From Elusimicrobiota bacterium (lineage in GTDB: Bacteria; Elusimicrobiota; JBDRON01), in the NCBI GenBank assembly GCA_043810025.1, contig JBDRON010000019.1:1204-65203 (forward strand): 64,000 nt of DNA. The letters are read 5' to 3'. The notes under the pieces are model-generated. The model did no database searches. It was given only the letters and a program-made list of their open reading frames with translations, and was not told where the DNA came from. Shown here piece by piece: positions 35,509 to 45,465 of the stretch. The first letter of the stretch is position 1. Each line of letters starts with the position of its first letter. The position numbers and the translations under genes are program-made.

Positions 35509-36968
35509 AAAAAAATCAGGAATGTACGCCGCTGCTGGATACCTTAATTAACCATGCCAGAAAAAAAGTAACATCTTTTCATACGCCGGGGCATAAAAAT
35601 GGTCACGGGGTTGACAAGAAGCTGCGTAATTTTACTGGTCCGAATATCTACGCTTTAGATGTTACGGTTTTTCCGGAAGTGGATTCACTGCATGATCCGG
35701 TCTCCTGTATCCGGCAGGCTCAAAAGCTGATGGCTGAAGCTTACCGGGTTGAACATTCATTCTTTTTGGTTAACGGGTCGACAGTCGGTAATGAAGCGAT
35801 GTTTTTGTCGGCTTGTAATCCGGGGGATTCGGTAATACTTTCCCGCAACGCCCATAAATCGGCGCTTTCCAGTATCATTCTTTCCGGTGTTTGGCCGATT
35901 TGGCTGCAGCCTCAGGTCGATCAGAATTTGGATGTAATTTTAGAATCCAGTCCGGACCAGATTGCTCAGGCGTTAAAACAGTACCCGGAAGCTAAAGCGG
36001 TGTTTGTCACCAGTCCAACTTATAACGGTGTAACGACCGATTTATTGGAAATCGCCGAAATTGTGCATCGAAGCGGCAAGATACTTTTAGTCGATGAAGC
36101 CCACGGGCCGCATTTAAGGTTTCACCGGGATTTTCCCATTTCCGGTGTCGAAGCCGGGGCGGATTTGGTTGTTCAAAGCGTCCATAAGATTTTATCGGCG
36201 CTTTCCCAGGGTTCAGTATTGCATTTTAATTCCAAATTGGTGGATCTTAACCGGGTACGCCGGGTAGTCTCACTGCTGCAAACCACCAGCCCGAATTATT
36301 TTATCCTTGCTTCTCTGGATATGGCCCGCCGGCAGGCGGCTACTCAGGGAGAAGCTTTGTTTACTATGGTGATGTCGGCCGCTGAAGAAGCCAGAAAAAA
36401 AATTAACCGGTTAAAAAATATTTTCTGTTTTACCCGGGAGGATATTCGTTCTTTGGGTTATGATTTGGATGTGACAAAATTAACCATTAATGTGACGAAG
36501 ACCGGTTTTTCCGGCTTTGATCTTGAAGATTTGTTAACCAAAAAATATAATATCCAGGTGGATTGCGCCGATTTGTTTAATTTAATAGCGATAATGGGAA
36601 TCGGTTCAACGCATTCCGATGTGGGTAAATTGGTTTCCGCTTTGAAGGAAATTGATCGTAGTGACCGTGGGGAAGAAAAAAATGAAAGGTTGCAGATACC
36701 TTCGCTTTCCACAGAAATGGTAATGATGCCCAGGGATGTTTTCCTTTCCAATAAGACAAAACGGGTATCCTTGAGGAAGGCGATAGGCTATATCAGCGCG
36801 CAAACCTTAACCCCCTATCCACCCGGAATACCCGTCCTTATTCCCGGGGAGAGAATCACCAAAGAGATTTGCTCCTATTTGTTAGACCTTGTAGAGAAAG
36901 ATATTCGATTTAGCGGTCAGGAAAGCGATACTTTGAAAAGTATTCAAGTCGTCGATGTAAAACAATAA
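35505..36968 (+). CDS. PLP-dependent Arg/Lys/Orn decarboxylase
   Basis: SFHTPGHK, DEAHG, QSVHK, TTSPNY, PYPPGIP. Confidence 0.9.
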   Translation: MKKNQECTPLLDTLINHARKKVTSFHTPGHKNGHGVDKKLRNFTGPNIYALDVTVFPEVDSLHDPVSCIRQAQKLMAEAYRVEHSFFLVNGSTVGNEAMFLSACNPGDSVILSRNAHKSALSSIILSGVWPIWLQPQVDQNLDVILESSPDQIAQALKQYPEAKAVFVTSPTYNGVTTDLLEIAEIVHRSGKILLVDEAHGPHLRFHRDFPISGVEAGADLVVQSVHKILSALSQGSVLHFNSKLVDLNRVRRVVSLLQTTSPNYFILASLDMARRQAATQGEALFTMVMSAAEEARKKINRLKNIFCFTREDIRSLGYDLDVTKLTINVTKTGFSGFDLEDLLTKKYNIQVDCADLFNLIAIMGIGSTHSDVGKLVSALKEIDRSDRGEEKNERLQIPSLSTEMVMMPRDVFLSNKTKRVSLRKAIGYISAQTLTPYPPGIPVLIPGERITKEICSYLLDLVEKDIRFSGQESDTLKSIQVVDVKQ

Positions 36969-36982
36969 AATTGGAGGTAGCT

Positions 36983-37327
36983 ATGAACCAGAAAGAATTA
37001 AAAGAGTTAAAAAAGCTGCTTGTGGAAAAAAAGGATGATTTGCTGCATATGGTGACAAAAAACAGGAAGGAAGAGGGGGTAATTGATGTCGGTGATGAGG
37101 CTGATGCCGCTTCCGATTCCCTGGAAAAAGAGTTAAGTTTTGAACTTACCGATAATGAACGCCAGATGCTGGAGCGGATTGAAGCGGCATTGCGAAAAGT
37201 TGAAAAAAATATTTATGGAACCTGCGAAAAATGCGCAGAAAAAATCTCCTTCGAACGGCTGAAGGCGATGCCTTATGCCCGGTATTGCATCACCTGTCAA
37301 TCCAAACTGGAAATACCGAAAAGATAG
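36983..37327 (+). CDS. dksA: DksA/TraR C4 zinc-finger protein
   Basis: DEADAA, YGTCEKC...ERLKAMP..YCITC. Confidence 0.85.
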   Translation: MNQKELKELKKLLVEKKDDLLHMVTKNRKEEGVIDVGDEADAASDSLEKELSFELTDNERQMLERIEAALRKVEKNIYGTCEKCAEKISFERLKAMPYARYCITCQSKLEIPKR

Positions 37328-37359
37328 TTCCCGCGTAGTATAATCTTATGTTCGTTTTT

Positions 37360-37388
37360 GTAGGGGCGGGTTTTAAACCCGCCCCTAC
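37360..37388. repeat. GTAG-type REP palindrome
   Basis: GTAGGGGCGGGTTTTAAACCCGCCCCTAC. Confidence 0.9.
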
Positions 37389-37403
37389 AGTCTTAATTAA
37401 GAG

Positions 37404-37907
37404 GTGTGCTCTCCCTTGTCCAATATTTATAAAAAAATCGGTTACTGGATATTTTTCTTAATTCAGTTGATGGTTTATTCCTTCCCCTTGGTGATACCTT
37501 TAACCACCGAAGAGCTTACCTTAAGTTCCGAAAGAGTTGTGGTCGGAAAAGTCCGAAAAATTGAGTGCCGCTGGAATCAGGAAAAAAGTTTGATTTGCAC
37601 CTATATTACTTTGGAAAGCCGGCAGCTGTTAAAAGGAGAGAACATTACCGAGGTTGTCATACTGGAAGTCCCGGGCGGGGAAGTTGGGAATAAAGGTTTA
37701 AAAGTTTTTGCTATGCCGACATTTTTTCTCGATGAAGAGGTGTTGGTTTTTTTATCGGCCAAAAACGAAATAAATAATTTCCGGGTTGTCGGCTGTTATC
37801 AAGGGAAATATACAATAAAAGGATCGCAAATTAAAGAACTAGGTATCCGTTCGAATGTTTTTCTCGATCGGGTTAAACGAATAATCAAAGAGCAAAGGAA
37901 GCCATAA
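37404..37907 (+). CDS. Exported hypothetical protein (possible protease prodomain-like partner)
   Basis: SERVVVGKV, PGGEVG, EEVLVFL, QGKY motifs; directly upstream of a matrixin. Confidence 0.6.
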   Translation: MCSPLSNIYKKIGYWIFFLIQLMVYSFPLVIPLTTEELTLSSERVVVGKVRKIECRWNQEKSLICTYITLESRQLLKGENITEVVILEVPGGEVGNKGLKVFAMPTFFLDEEVLVFLSAKNEINNFRVVGCYQGKYTIKGSQIKELGIRSNVFLDRVKRIIKEQRKP

Positions 37908-37923
37908 CTTCGGTATTCCCACA

Positions 37924-38817
37924 ATGCATAAATATTTTCTAATTTTAAACGTAATTTTTTTCTTTTTTTCATCCAACGCTCTCGCTTATATTTATGACGG
38001 TGTGCGATGGGACAAAAAAAACATACCGGTAGCTTATTCCATTAACAACAATAGTCCGTCTGCGGTAAATAGCGCTGCGGTAGCGGCGATAAACTCGGCG
38101 TTTCAAACTTGGAACAATGTTCAGGGATCGTCGATGAGTTTTCAGTATATAAGAGAAACCAGCTTAAGCGGCAGTATAGACGGTTCCAATGTTTGCTATT
38201 GGGGAACAGCTTTTCAGTCGTATGGAAGTTTGGCGGTGACCGGGATATGGTATGATACAGGAACCAAGTTAGTGGAAGAAATCGATTTGGAATTTAACTC
38301 GACTGTTTCCTGGTCAATTGGCGGATCGGGATACGATTTGGAAACTGTTGCTCTGCATGAAGCGGGGCATTGGCTGGTATTGTCGGATATTTATGACGAT
38401 GCCTATCAAAGCAGTATAATGTACGGGTATTATATCGGGACGCGCCGCAGTCTTTTTTTCGATGATATCGAGGGAATAAAAGCTATTTATGCCGGTGTTC
38501 AAATCGATTTGCTGCAAAATGCCCCCAACCCGTTTAAGCCTAAATCGGCCAATGACTATACGATTATCGGTTTTCAAGTAGGCGCAAATTCCCAGGTGCT
38601 TTTAAGAATTTACAATCTGGCTGGAGAGCTGGTCAAGACTTTGATCGATACCGATTTAACTGCCGGTAATTATACGGGAGCCGCCGGTTTTAAATGGCAT
38701 GGCGATAACGGCGGGCCGGGCGAACGCGGTCAGTCGGTGGGAAGCGGGGTTTATTTTTATCAATTGAAGATTGGCAATTCATCCAGTCAAATCCGCAAAT
38801 TGATGTTAATCCGCTGA
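37924..38817 (+). CDS. Matrixin-like zinc metalloprotease with FlgD-Ig/T9SS-like C-terminal domain
   Basis: ALHEAGH, Met-turn SIMY; NAPNPF...IYNLAGELVK...SGVYFYQL..KLMLIR. Confidence 0.85.
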   Translation: MHKYFLILNVIFFFFSSNALAYIYDGVRWDKKNIPVAYSINNNSPSAVNSAAVAAINSAFQTWNNVQGSSMSFQYIRETSLSGSIDGSNVCYWGTAFQSYGSLAVTGIWYDTGTKLVEEIDLEFNSTVSWSIGGSGYDLETVALHEAGHWLVLSDIYDDAYQSSIMYGYYIGTRRSLFFDDIEGIKAIYAGVQIDLLQNAPNPFKPKSANDYTIIGFQVGANSQVLLRIYNLAGELVKTLIDTDLTAGNYTGAAGFKWHGDNGGPGERGQSVGSGVYFYQLKIGNSSSQIRKLMLIR

Positions 38818-38825
38818 GGCCAATT

Positions 38826-39878
38826 TTGAAAAAATATTATTTTGCGATTATTATTATACTTTTTTCTTCGGTTGCTCCGGTTTTTTCGGATAAGCGCGGG
38901 ACGGCCGGCGCGGCATTTCTTAAATTGCCGATTGGCGCCCAGCCTAACGCTTTAGGAGGCAGTTTTGCCGCCGGACAGGGGGGGATATCGATTTTTTGGA
39001 ATCCGGCCGGTCTGTTTTATTTGGAGCAAAATGAAATTAATTTAGACAGCGCTCTTTGGGTAGAAGATGTCAGAATCGGTTCGCTGGCGATGAGTTTCCC
39101 GATCCGGGACAGAAAATCGATCCCGCAAAAAAAATATCCGGCGAAGAGAAGAATGATTAATCCTGCCGCGCGGACCAGTAAGTTTTCCACTAAGAAATTG
39201 GGAGTATTTTCTGCAGGCTTAATCTATCTCGATGCCGGCACGCAGCCGGTAACCACGCTTACCGCCCAGGATGTGCTTGTTTCTACGAATAAAACAGTTT
39301 CGGCTAATGATCTGGCTTTGTATTTTTCCTTTTGTAAAAACTGGGCGGACTTTAGTTTGGGCTCAAATCTGAAATTTATTCAATCTACCCTGGCTGATTA
39401 TACCGCGCAAGCGGCGGCCCTGGATTTAGGCGGCTATTGGATTTTAAAAAAAGTTACTAATAAAAAATTGTTCACTGCGGGATTGGCGCTGCAAAACATC
39501 GGGACACCGTTAGATTTTCGTCAAGACACCTCCGCGCGCGATAGCCTTCCTTTTCAAATCAAAGGCGGGTTAAAATATATGCAGAACAATTTTAGTTATC
39601 TGGCCGATTTAAACAAAAGTCTGGATGGCGATATAAAGTTAAGTTTGGGGATGGAGTACCGGTTGCCCGATTTTGGTTTTTTTCGTTTAGGATATAAAGT
39701 TTTGGAGCCGAACATAAAATATTGGGGTAGATTAATTGATGCTTTTAGTTTGGGATTTGGTTTGCCGATATCTTTTATCGGCGGAGAGTTTAATTACGGT
39801 TATTCTTCTTATGGTGATTTTGGCCTGGTCCACAATTTTTCTTTAAAATTCAATTTTGACGCTAACTTGAGAAAATAA
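38826..39878 (+). CDS. PorV/PorQ (UPF0164)-like outer-membrane barrel
   Basis: GAAFLKLPIGA..ALG, FWNPAGL, DLG, LQNIG, HNFSL.FNF. Confidence 0.8.
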   Translation: MKKYYFAIIIILFSSVAPVFSDKRGTAGAAFLKLPIGAQPNALGGSFAAGQGGISIFWNPAGLFYLEQNEINLDSALWVEDVRIGSLAMSFPIRDRKSIPQKKYPAKRRMINPAARTSKFSTKKLGVFSAGLIYLDAGTQPVTTLTAQDVLVSTNKTVSANDLALYFSFCKNWADFSLGSNLKFIQSTLADYTAQAAALDLGGYWILKKVTNKKLFTAGLALQNIGTPLDFRQDTSARDSLPFQIKGGLKYMQNNFSYLADLNKSLDGDIKLSLGMEYRLPDFGFFRLGYKVLEPNIKYWGRLIDAFSLGFGLPISFIGGEFNYGYSSYGDFGLVHNFSLKFNFDANLRK

Positions 39879-39927
39879 AAACAGTTGCTCTAAGTTCTTA
39901 GGTATAGTAGAATTGAACGAACATATT

Positions 39928-40094
39928 GATAGGAAATTCAATGTTTGGTTTATCCGTGTTCCCCCTTTTATAAAGGGGGACTGAGGGGGATTTAGAAAAT
40001 AATTATTAAATCTCCCCTACCCCTCTTTATAAAAGAGGGAAAAAGACTGCAAAGCAGGCGTGTAAAATTCCGGGCGAAGTTCGAGGTAATTTAA
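39928..40094 (+). repeat. Family B repeat, full length
   Basis: GATAGGAAATT leader, two G/C-run hairpins, tail AAATTCCGGGCGAAGTTCGAGGTAA. Confidence 0.88.
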
Positions 40095-40118
40095 TCTTGA
40101 AAAAGGGGGTAAAGAATC

Positions 40119-40706
40119 ATGCGTAAGATTTTGGTCTTGGTTATGTTGTTTAATTGTTGTTGGTTGGTTGAAGCTCGTCCCGTTAAGAAGGAATTAAGAT
40201 CTGTCAAGCCGCTGGAAGCGCCGATTCAGCAGCCGACGGCGGTAAAAAAAACACTCGGTGTTTATGAGAATGAAAGGATTGGGATTGGTTTTAATTCCCA
40301 ACTCAGTAATTTAAATTTAAACAGTTTATCGGTGCGTTATTGGATGATGGATGGGCTGGGGGTTGAGGGCCTTTGCGGGTTTAATTTTGCCAGTACGACC
40401 ACTTTGTTCGATATGGGTGTGAAAATAATGCAGAAAATAAAGAAAGAAGAAAATATGTATTTGTATTTAGGCGGACTGACCGGTTTGGAATACGAAGATT
40501 CTGATTCAACAGACAGCAATATTAACTGGACTATTGGCGCTTTGGCCGGAGGCGAATTTTTCTTTAAGGAACTGCCCAATTTAGGGTTCGGGTTGGAGCT
40601 GGGGTTGAAATATAAGAATGTCGGCGATGATGGTTCGTTTGGAACCGGGGCCGATTTTTTCAATGTTGTCGGTGTCCATTATTATTTTGATTATCTTGGA
40701 TTGTAA
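40119..40706 (+). CDS. Small outer-membrane beta-barrel protein
   Basis: Signal peptide, alternating beta pattern, GVHYYF terminus. Confidence 0.7.
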   Translation: MRKILVLVMLFNCCWLVEARPVKKELRSVKPLEAPIQQPTAVKKTLGVYENERIGIGFNSQLSNLNLNSLSVRYWMMDGLGVEGLCGFNFASTTTLFDMGVKIMQKIKKEENMYLYLGGLTGLEYEDSDSTDSNINWTIGALAGGEFFFKELPNLGFGLELGLKYKNVGDDGSFGTGADFFNVVGVHYYFDYLGL

Positions 40707-40711
40707 ATTAA

Positions 40712-41986
40712 ATGGAAAAAGCGCTTTTAGTTGCTTTTCAGCCGGCAAGCGGCAAGAGAAGCGAGATGGAAAATTCATTGTCGGAGCTGGCCAGATTAGT
40801 TGATACGGCTGGCGGCAAGGTTGTGGAGAAAATATTTCAAAAGAGGGCGGCGGTTGATCCGGCAACTTACATCGGTCGCGGGAAAGCGGAGGAAATAGCC
40901 GGGATTTGCGCGGGAGAAGATATCAACGTGGTGGTTTTTGATGACGATCTAAGCCCGGGCCAACAGCGCAATTTAGAAAAGATTCTGAAAACAAAAGTAA
41001 TTGATCGGACGCGGTTAATTCTCGATATATTTGCCCGGCGGGCGCGGACACGGGAGGGCCGTCTGCAAGTGGAATTAGCCCAGTTAAAATATCTCCAGCC
41101 GCGCTTAGGGGGAAAAGGCCTGGCCCTATCGCAGCAGGCGGGAGGTATCGGCACAAGAAGAGGTCCGGGCGAAAAGAAATTGGAAGTTGATCAGCGTAAA
41201 ATCCGCGATCGAATATCCCTCTTAGAAAAAGAAACCGGCAAAGTTCAATCCCAGCGGCAAAGACAACGGCAAAAAAGAGAAGAAGTTCCTTTGCCGGTGG
41301 CCGCCTTAATTGGCTACACTAACTCCGGAAAATCCACATTTTTGAACGCTTTAGTGAAAACTTCCGCCGTCTACGCTGACGACAAACTCTTTGCCACCCT
41401 CGATCCGACGACCCGGCGGGTAACGCTCCCGGGAGGTCAAAAAGTCCTTTTTACGGATACCGTAGGTTTTATTCAAAAGCTTCCCCATCAACTGGTAGCC
41501 GCTTTCCGCGCCACATTAGAAGAGATAAAAGAGGCTGATTTATTGCTCCATCTTGTCGATGTTTCTAATGCCGCCTGGGAAGAGCAAGTGGACACCGTGA
41601 ATAAGGTTTTAAGAGAACTGGAGATAATTGATAAACCGGTAGTTGTTGTTTATAATAAAATTGATTTAGCTAACCGGCAGAAATTAATTGAGTTGCAAAA
41701 AGAGGGGTGTTTGTTGATTTCAGCAATTAACGGGCAGGGCCTTGATTTTCTTTTAAAAAAAATCAGCAAATTTTTTCAAAAAGATCTGCGCCTGTTAAAA
41801 TTTTGCCTCCCTTACGAAAAAATCGGTTTATTGGGATATATTCACGAACGAGGCAAAGTTGAAGAAGAAAAATACGGTAAAAAAGGACTTAGTTTAAAAG
41901 TCTGGCTCGATTCCAAAAATATTAGTATAATCGAAAGCAAGCTCAAAATGCAAAGCGCAAAACGCAAAACGAAAGTCAAAAGCTAA
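40712..41986 (+). CDS. hflX: GTPase HflX
   Basis: ILDIFARRA, GYTNSGKST, LFATLDPT, DTVGFI, NKID. Confidence 0.96.
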   Translation: MEKALLVAFQPASGKRSEMENSLSELARLVDTAGGKVVEKIFQKRAAVDPATYIGRGKAEEIAGICAGEDINVVVFDDDLSPGQQRNLEKILKTKVIDRTRLILDIFARRARTREGRLQVELAQLKYLQPRLGGKGLALSQQAGGIGTRRGPGEKKLEVDQRKIRDRISLLEKETGKVQSQRQRQRQKREEVPLPVAALIGYTNSGKSTFLNALVKTSAVYADDKLFATLDPTTRRVTLPGGQKVLFTDTVGFIQKLPHQLVAAFRATLEEIKEADLLLHLVDVSNAAWEEQVDTVNKVLRELEIIDKPVVVVYNKIDLANRQKLIELQKEGCLLISAINGQGLDFLLKKISKFFQKDLRLLKFCLPYEKIGLLGYIHERGKVEEEKYGKKGLSLKVWLDSKNISIIESKLKMQSAKRKTKVKS

Positions 41987-42030
41987 AAGAATCGAGTCTT
42001 TTAAACTTTGAGTTTTGCGCTTTGCGTTTT
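41938..42030. repeat. Inverted repeat with heptamer (CGCAAAA) arms and TCGA core
   Basis: Core TAAAAGAATCGAGTCTTTTAA at 41984-42004; reverse-complement relative at 49460-49563. Confidence 0.88.
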
Positions 42031-42042
42031 ACACTGACTTTT

Positions 42043-42570
42043 ATGACGTTAGCTAATAAAATAACTATACTGAGAATAATTTTTATCCCGATATACATTA
42101 TTGCTTTATTGGGGAACCAGCATTTTCTGGCTTTGGGGTTGTTTACCGCTTCCATGTTGACGGATTTTCTCGATGGTTTTGTCGCCCGGATCCGCAAGCA
42201 GAAAACCCCGCTGGGAACTTTGCTTGACCCTTTTGCCGACAAGTTTCTTTTAATTAGTTCATTTATTACCTTAACCTATTTGCAAAAAATACCAATTTGG
42301 GCGACCATCGTTGTCTTTAGTAAGGATTTAATTATTGTTTTGGGCTGGGTGGTAGTTTATATTCTTACTAACCGGAAGACTATTACCCCGCGCTGGTCAG
42401 GAAAAATTGCCACTTTTTTACAGATGATGGTCATTTTTGTTTCCTTACTCGGTCTTGGTCAGAAAGTTGTTAATTTGTCCCTTTATTTGATGATTTTATT
42501 TACAGTAATTTCCGGGATAGATTACATCATTGTGGGGAACAGAAATCTCAATCAGCTAGAAGTGCATTGA
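42043..42570 (+). CDS. pgsA: CDP-alcohol phosphatidyltransferase (PgsA-like)
   Basis: ANKITILR, TDFLDGFVAR...GTLLDPFADK. Confidence 0.85.
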   Translation: MTLANKITILRIIFIPIYIIALLGNQHFLALGLFTASMLTDFLDGFVARIRKQKTPLGTLLDPFADKFLLISSFITLTYLQKIPIWATIVVFSKDLIIVLGWVVVYILTNRKTITPRWSGKIATFLQMMVIFVSLLGLGQKVVNLSLYLMILFTVISGIDYIIVGNRNLNQLEVH

Positions 42571-42580
42571 ACTCTTGATG

Positions 42581-42683
42581 TTCCCTCTCCCCTTGTGGGA
42601 GAGGGCAGGGTGAGGGGACGATTAATAAAGAAATCGAGTCTTTAACACCCTCACCTTAATCCTCTCCCCTCAAGGGAGAGGAA
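42581..42683 (+). repeat. Family A repeat with TCGA core
   Basis: Core TAAAGAAATCGAGTCTTTAA at 42626-42645. Confidence 0.9.
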
Positions 42684-42723
42684 ATAGATGGCTAAGTTCT
42701 TTTTTTTCCGGAGTCTAATTCAG

Positions 42724-43965
42724 ATGAATAATGTCGTACTGCTTGGCCGTCCCAATGTGGGAAAATCCAGCTTATTTAACCGTCTGTCCGGACGGCGGAA
42801 AGCTTTGGTGTCGCCGATGCCCGGAATGACCCGGGATCGTCAGTATGCGGAGTGCCGCTGGGACAGGAGAAGTTTCCGTTTGATTGATACCGGCGGCTGG
42901 CTTTTAAAGGCTAAGGAATGCACCCAGCAATTTATCCAAAAACAGCTGGCGCTGGCCATTAAGGAAGCCGATTTGCTATTGTTTATGGTTGACGGCAAGG
43001 AAGGTCTGCATCCGCTTGATCGCGAGATTGTTCACCAGCTGCGACGAGTGGAAAAGCCGGTTATTCTGGTGGTAAACAAAATTGATAATGCCCGGCAAGA
43101 AAATATAGTCTATGATTTTTATAATTTAGGGCTTGAGCCGGTGATCGGTGTTTCCGCCAGTCAAGGCCGGAATATCGACGAGCTGCTAAATGTAATAATT
43201 CACAAATTAAAGTTTGATGACGAAGAAAAAAAAATCCCCGAACAAAATGTTATCCGCTGCCTGCTTTTAGGCAAACCCAATGTCGGGAAGTCTTCATTGC
43301 TGAACGCCATTTTGGGTGAAGAGCGGCTGGTGGTCAGTCCCGTTCCGGGCACTACGCGGGATTCGATCGCGATTGAGGTTAATCACCAGGGGAGGTTGTA
43401 TTCCTTTATTGATACCGCCGGTATCAAAAGAAAAAATAAACTTAATTCTTTAGACGGTTTACTGCGCTTGACGACCGATAAAGCTCTGGAAACAACGGAT
43501 ATCGCTTTGGCGCTGCTCGATGGCAGTACCAGGATCACGGCCGGCGATGTGAAAATAGCCGGCCTGGTTTGGAATGCGGGAAAAGGTTTAATTTTTTTGG
43601 TGAATAAATGGGATCTGGTGAAAAATCCCCAGGAACGGCAGAAAGAAATTTTCACCGCGCTGGAACAGAATATGGGTTTTTTACCTAACTGCCCGATGCT
43701 CTTAATCTCGGCGAAAACCGGCCGCAATCTCGAGAAAATTTTTCCCGCCATCGAAAAAGTTTATCAGCAATACACGAAAACGATTGAAGCAAAAGTTTTG
43801 CGGAATACTTTCTCGATGGATGTAACCCAAAAAAGAACCGCCCCGCCAACCTTTGCCATCCCGCTGAGCAAAGACATCCATTTTTCTAAAAAACGCCACT
43901 TCGAAAACCTATTCCGCGAACATTTCGGCTTCGAAGGCACCCCCATTAGGTTAAGATTTAGATGA
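42724..43965 (+). CDS. der: Ribosome biogenesis GTPase Der
   Basis: Two G domains (GRPNVGKSS, GKPNVGKSS), FGFEGTPI terminus. Confidence 0.95.
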   Translation: MNNVVLLGRPNVGKSSLFNRLSGRRKALVSPMPGMTRDRQYAECRWDRRSFRLIDTGGWLLKAKECTQQFIQKQLALAIKEADLLLFMVDGKEGLHPLDREIVHQLRRVEKPVILVVNKIDNARQENIVYDFYNLGLEPVIGVSASQGRNIDELLNVIIHKLKFDDEEKKIPEQNVIRCLLLGKPNVGKSSLLNAILGEERLVVSPVPGTTRDSIAIEVNHQGRLYSFIDTAGIKRKNKLNSLDGLLRLTTDKALETTDIALALLDGSTRITAGDVKIAGLVWNAGKGLIFLVNKWDLVKNPQERQKEIFTALEQNMGFLPNCPMLLISAKTGRNLEKIFPAIEKVYQQYTKTIEAKVLRNTFSMDVTQKRTAPPTFAIPLSKDIHFSKKRHFENLFREHFGFEGTPIRLRFR

Positions 43966-44042
43966 TTCTGTTTTTACTTGTTATACAATTAAATGTCTGA
44001 TATAATTTCTCTAGAATATAATTATGTGGAGGTGAAGATGTT

Positions 44043-44273
44043 ATGTCGATTAATTTAAAAGCCTTTGAAATGAAAGCGATTAAACTTCCTTTGAAAGAGC
44101 GGGCAAAGCTAGCAGAATATTTAATTAGAAGCCTCGACAAAATTGATGATTCTGAAAATGAACGGTTATGGGTTAAAGAAGCAGAAAGAAGGTATAATGA
44201 TTATAAGAAAGGAAAAATGTCCAGCAGACCCGCAGAAGAAGTTTTAAGATACGCTCATAAAATATTAAAATGA
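44043..44273 (+). CDS. Addiction module antitoxin
   Basis: LPLKERAKLA..LIRSLD...WVKEAERR. Confidence 0.85.
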   Translation: MSINLKAFEMKAIKLPLKERAKLAEYLIRSLDKIDDSENERLWVKEAERRYNDYKKGKMSSRPAEEVLRYAHKILK

Positions 44274-44563
44274 AGAATATTTCTTTTCTTAAAGCCGCCG
44301 AAGATGAAATGCTTGATGCCGCGTTGTTTTACGAGTCCCAGGCAAAGCATCTGGGGAAAGATTTTCTCTATAAAATTGAGACTGCTCTAACTGACATCTC
44401 TTTAAATCCAATGCAATGGCCCATCATTGATCGCGATATCCATCGCCGATTACTACACCGGTTTCCTTACGCAATTCTTTACAAAATTGATAAAATGAAA
44501 ATTATTATAGTTGCCATAATGCATTTGCACCGTCACCCTGATTATTGGATGGAAAGAATCTAA
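44270..44563 (+). CDS. RelE/ParE family toxin
   Basis: AALFYE, RRLLHRFPYAILY, HLHRHPDYW. Confidence 0.9.
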   Translation: MKNISFLKAAEDEMLDAALFYESQAKHLGKDFLYKIETALTDISLNPMQWPIIDRDIHRRLLHRFPYAILYKIDKMKIIIVAIMHLHRHPDYWMERI

Positions 44564-44587
44564 TAATTTTCTAAAAATTAACGATAA

Positions 44588-44788
44588 AGTCCTGAAAGGA
44601 CGCCGGAATATAGGCGGGGGTTTTTACCCCCGAAAAAGAAATATTCCGCGAGCCATAAGCCCTGAAAGGGCGCAGGACAAAATATGCTAAGCGTCGAGAA
44701 ACGCCTTTGCCCCTTCGGGGCTTGCATTATATTGGACAATCTTAGCGGGGATTACATCCCCGCCTATATTCCAAAATCCCTTCGGGAT
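44588..44788. mobile_element. Non-autonomous palindromic element resembling the flanks of IS200/RAYT-like HUH transposase genes
   Basis: GTCCTGAAAGGAC and GCCCTGAAAGGGC hairpins on the left, GCCCCTTCGGGGC and ATCCCTTCGGGAT on the right; GGAATATAGGCGGGG / CCCCGCCTATATTCC inverted pair. Confidence 0.65.
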
Positions 44789-44921
44789 AAAATATAAAAG
44801 CAGCAATCACCGCCCGCAATCAAGGCGAGCGAGAAGTGATAATAGCAGGCGACAACGAAATTAAAAACATGTATGTTGGAAAAATGGATTAAATTTGTTA
44901 TAATTATTATGGAGATAAACA

Positions 44922-45182
44922 ATGCCGGAAATTAGCAGGTTTCTCGGAATTATCATATCAATGTATTTCAAAGAACATGCGCCGCCTCATTTTCACGCTA
45001 AATATGCTGGAAGGCGAGCGGCATTTTCCATAAGCGATTTGAAGATTATTGAGGGAAGTTTGCCCAAAAGAGTTGTTTCTATCGTGTTAGAATGGGCTTT
45101 TGAACATCGGAATGAATTACTGGAAGATTGGAATAGAGCGCAAAAACATGAAAATATTAAAAAAATTAAACCATTAGTTTAG
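44922..45182 (+). CDS. DUF4160 family protein
   Basis: MPEISRFLGI, EHAPPHFHA, ELLEDW. Confidence 0.9.
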   Translation: MPEISRFLGIIISMYFKEHAPPHFHAKYAGRRAAFSISDLKIIEGSLPKRVVSIVLEWAFEHRNELLEDWNRAQKHENIKKIKPLV

Positions 45183-45193
45183 GAGGTGTAAAG

Positions 45194-45427
45194 ATGCATT
45201 GGATAAAAGATTTTACTTATATCGAGAATTATAAAATAAAAATAGTGTTCGAAAATCGAAAATGTAAAATAGTGGATTTAAAAAATCATCTTACCGGTAA
45301 GGTTTTTGAACCACTAAAAGATATTTCATATTTTAGAAAAGTCAAATTGAACAAAGATATTGACACCATTGTTTGGCCCAATAATGCGGATTTTTCTCCA
45401 GATTTTTTATATGAGGTTGGAAAATAA
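45194..45427 (+). CDS. DUF2442 family protein
   Basis: VFEPLKD..YF, TIVWPNNADFSPDFLY. Confidence 0.9.
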   Translation: MHWIKDFTYIENYKIKIVFENRKCKIVDLKNHLTGKVFEPLKDISYFRKVKLNKDIDTIVWPNNADFSPDFLYEVGK

Positions 45428-45465
45428 TAACCGTTTCCTACCATAGAAAAAGGAAGCATTAATTT

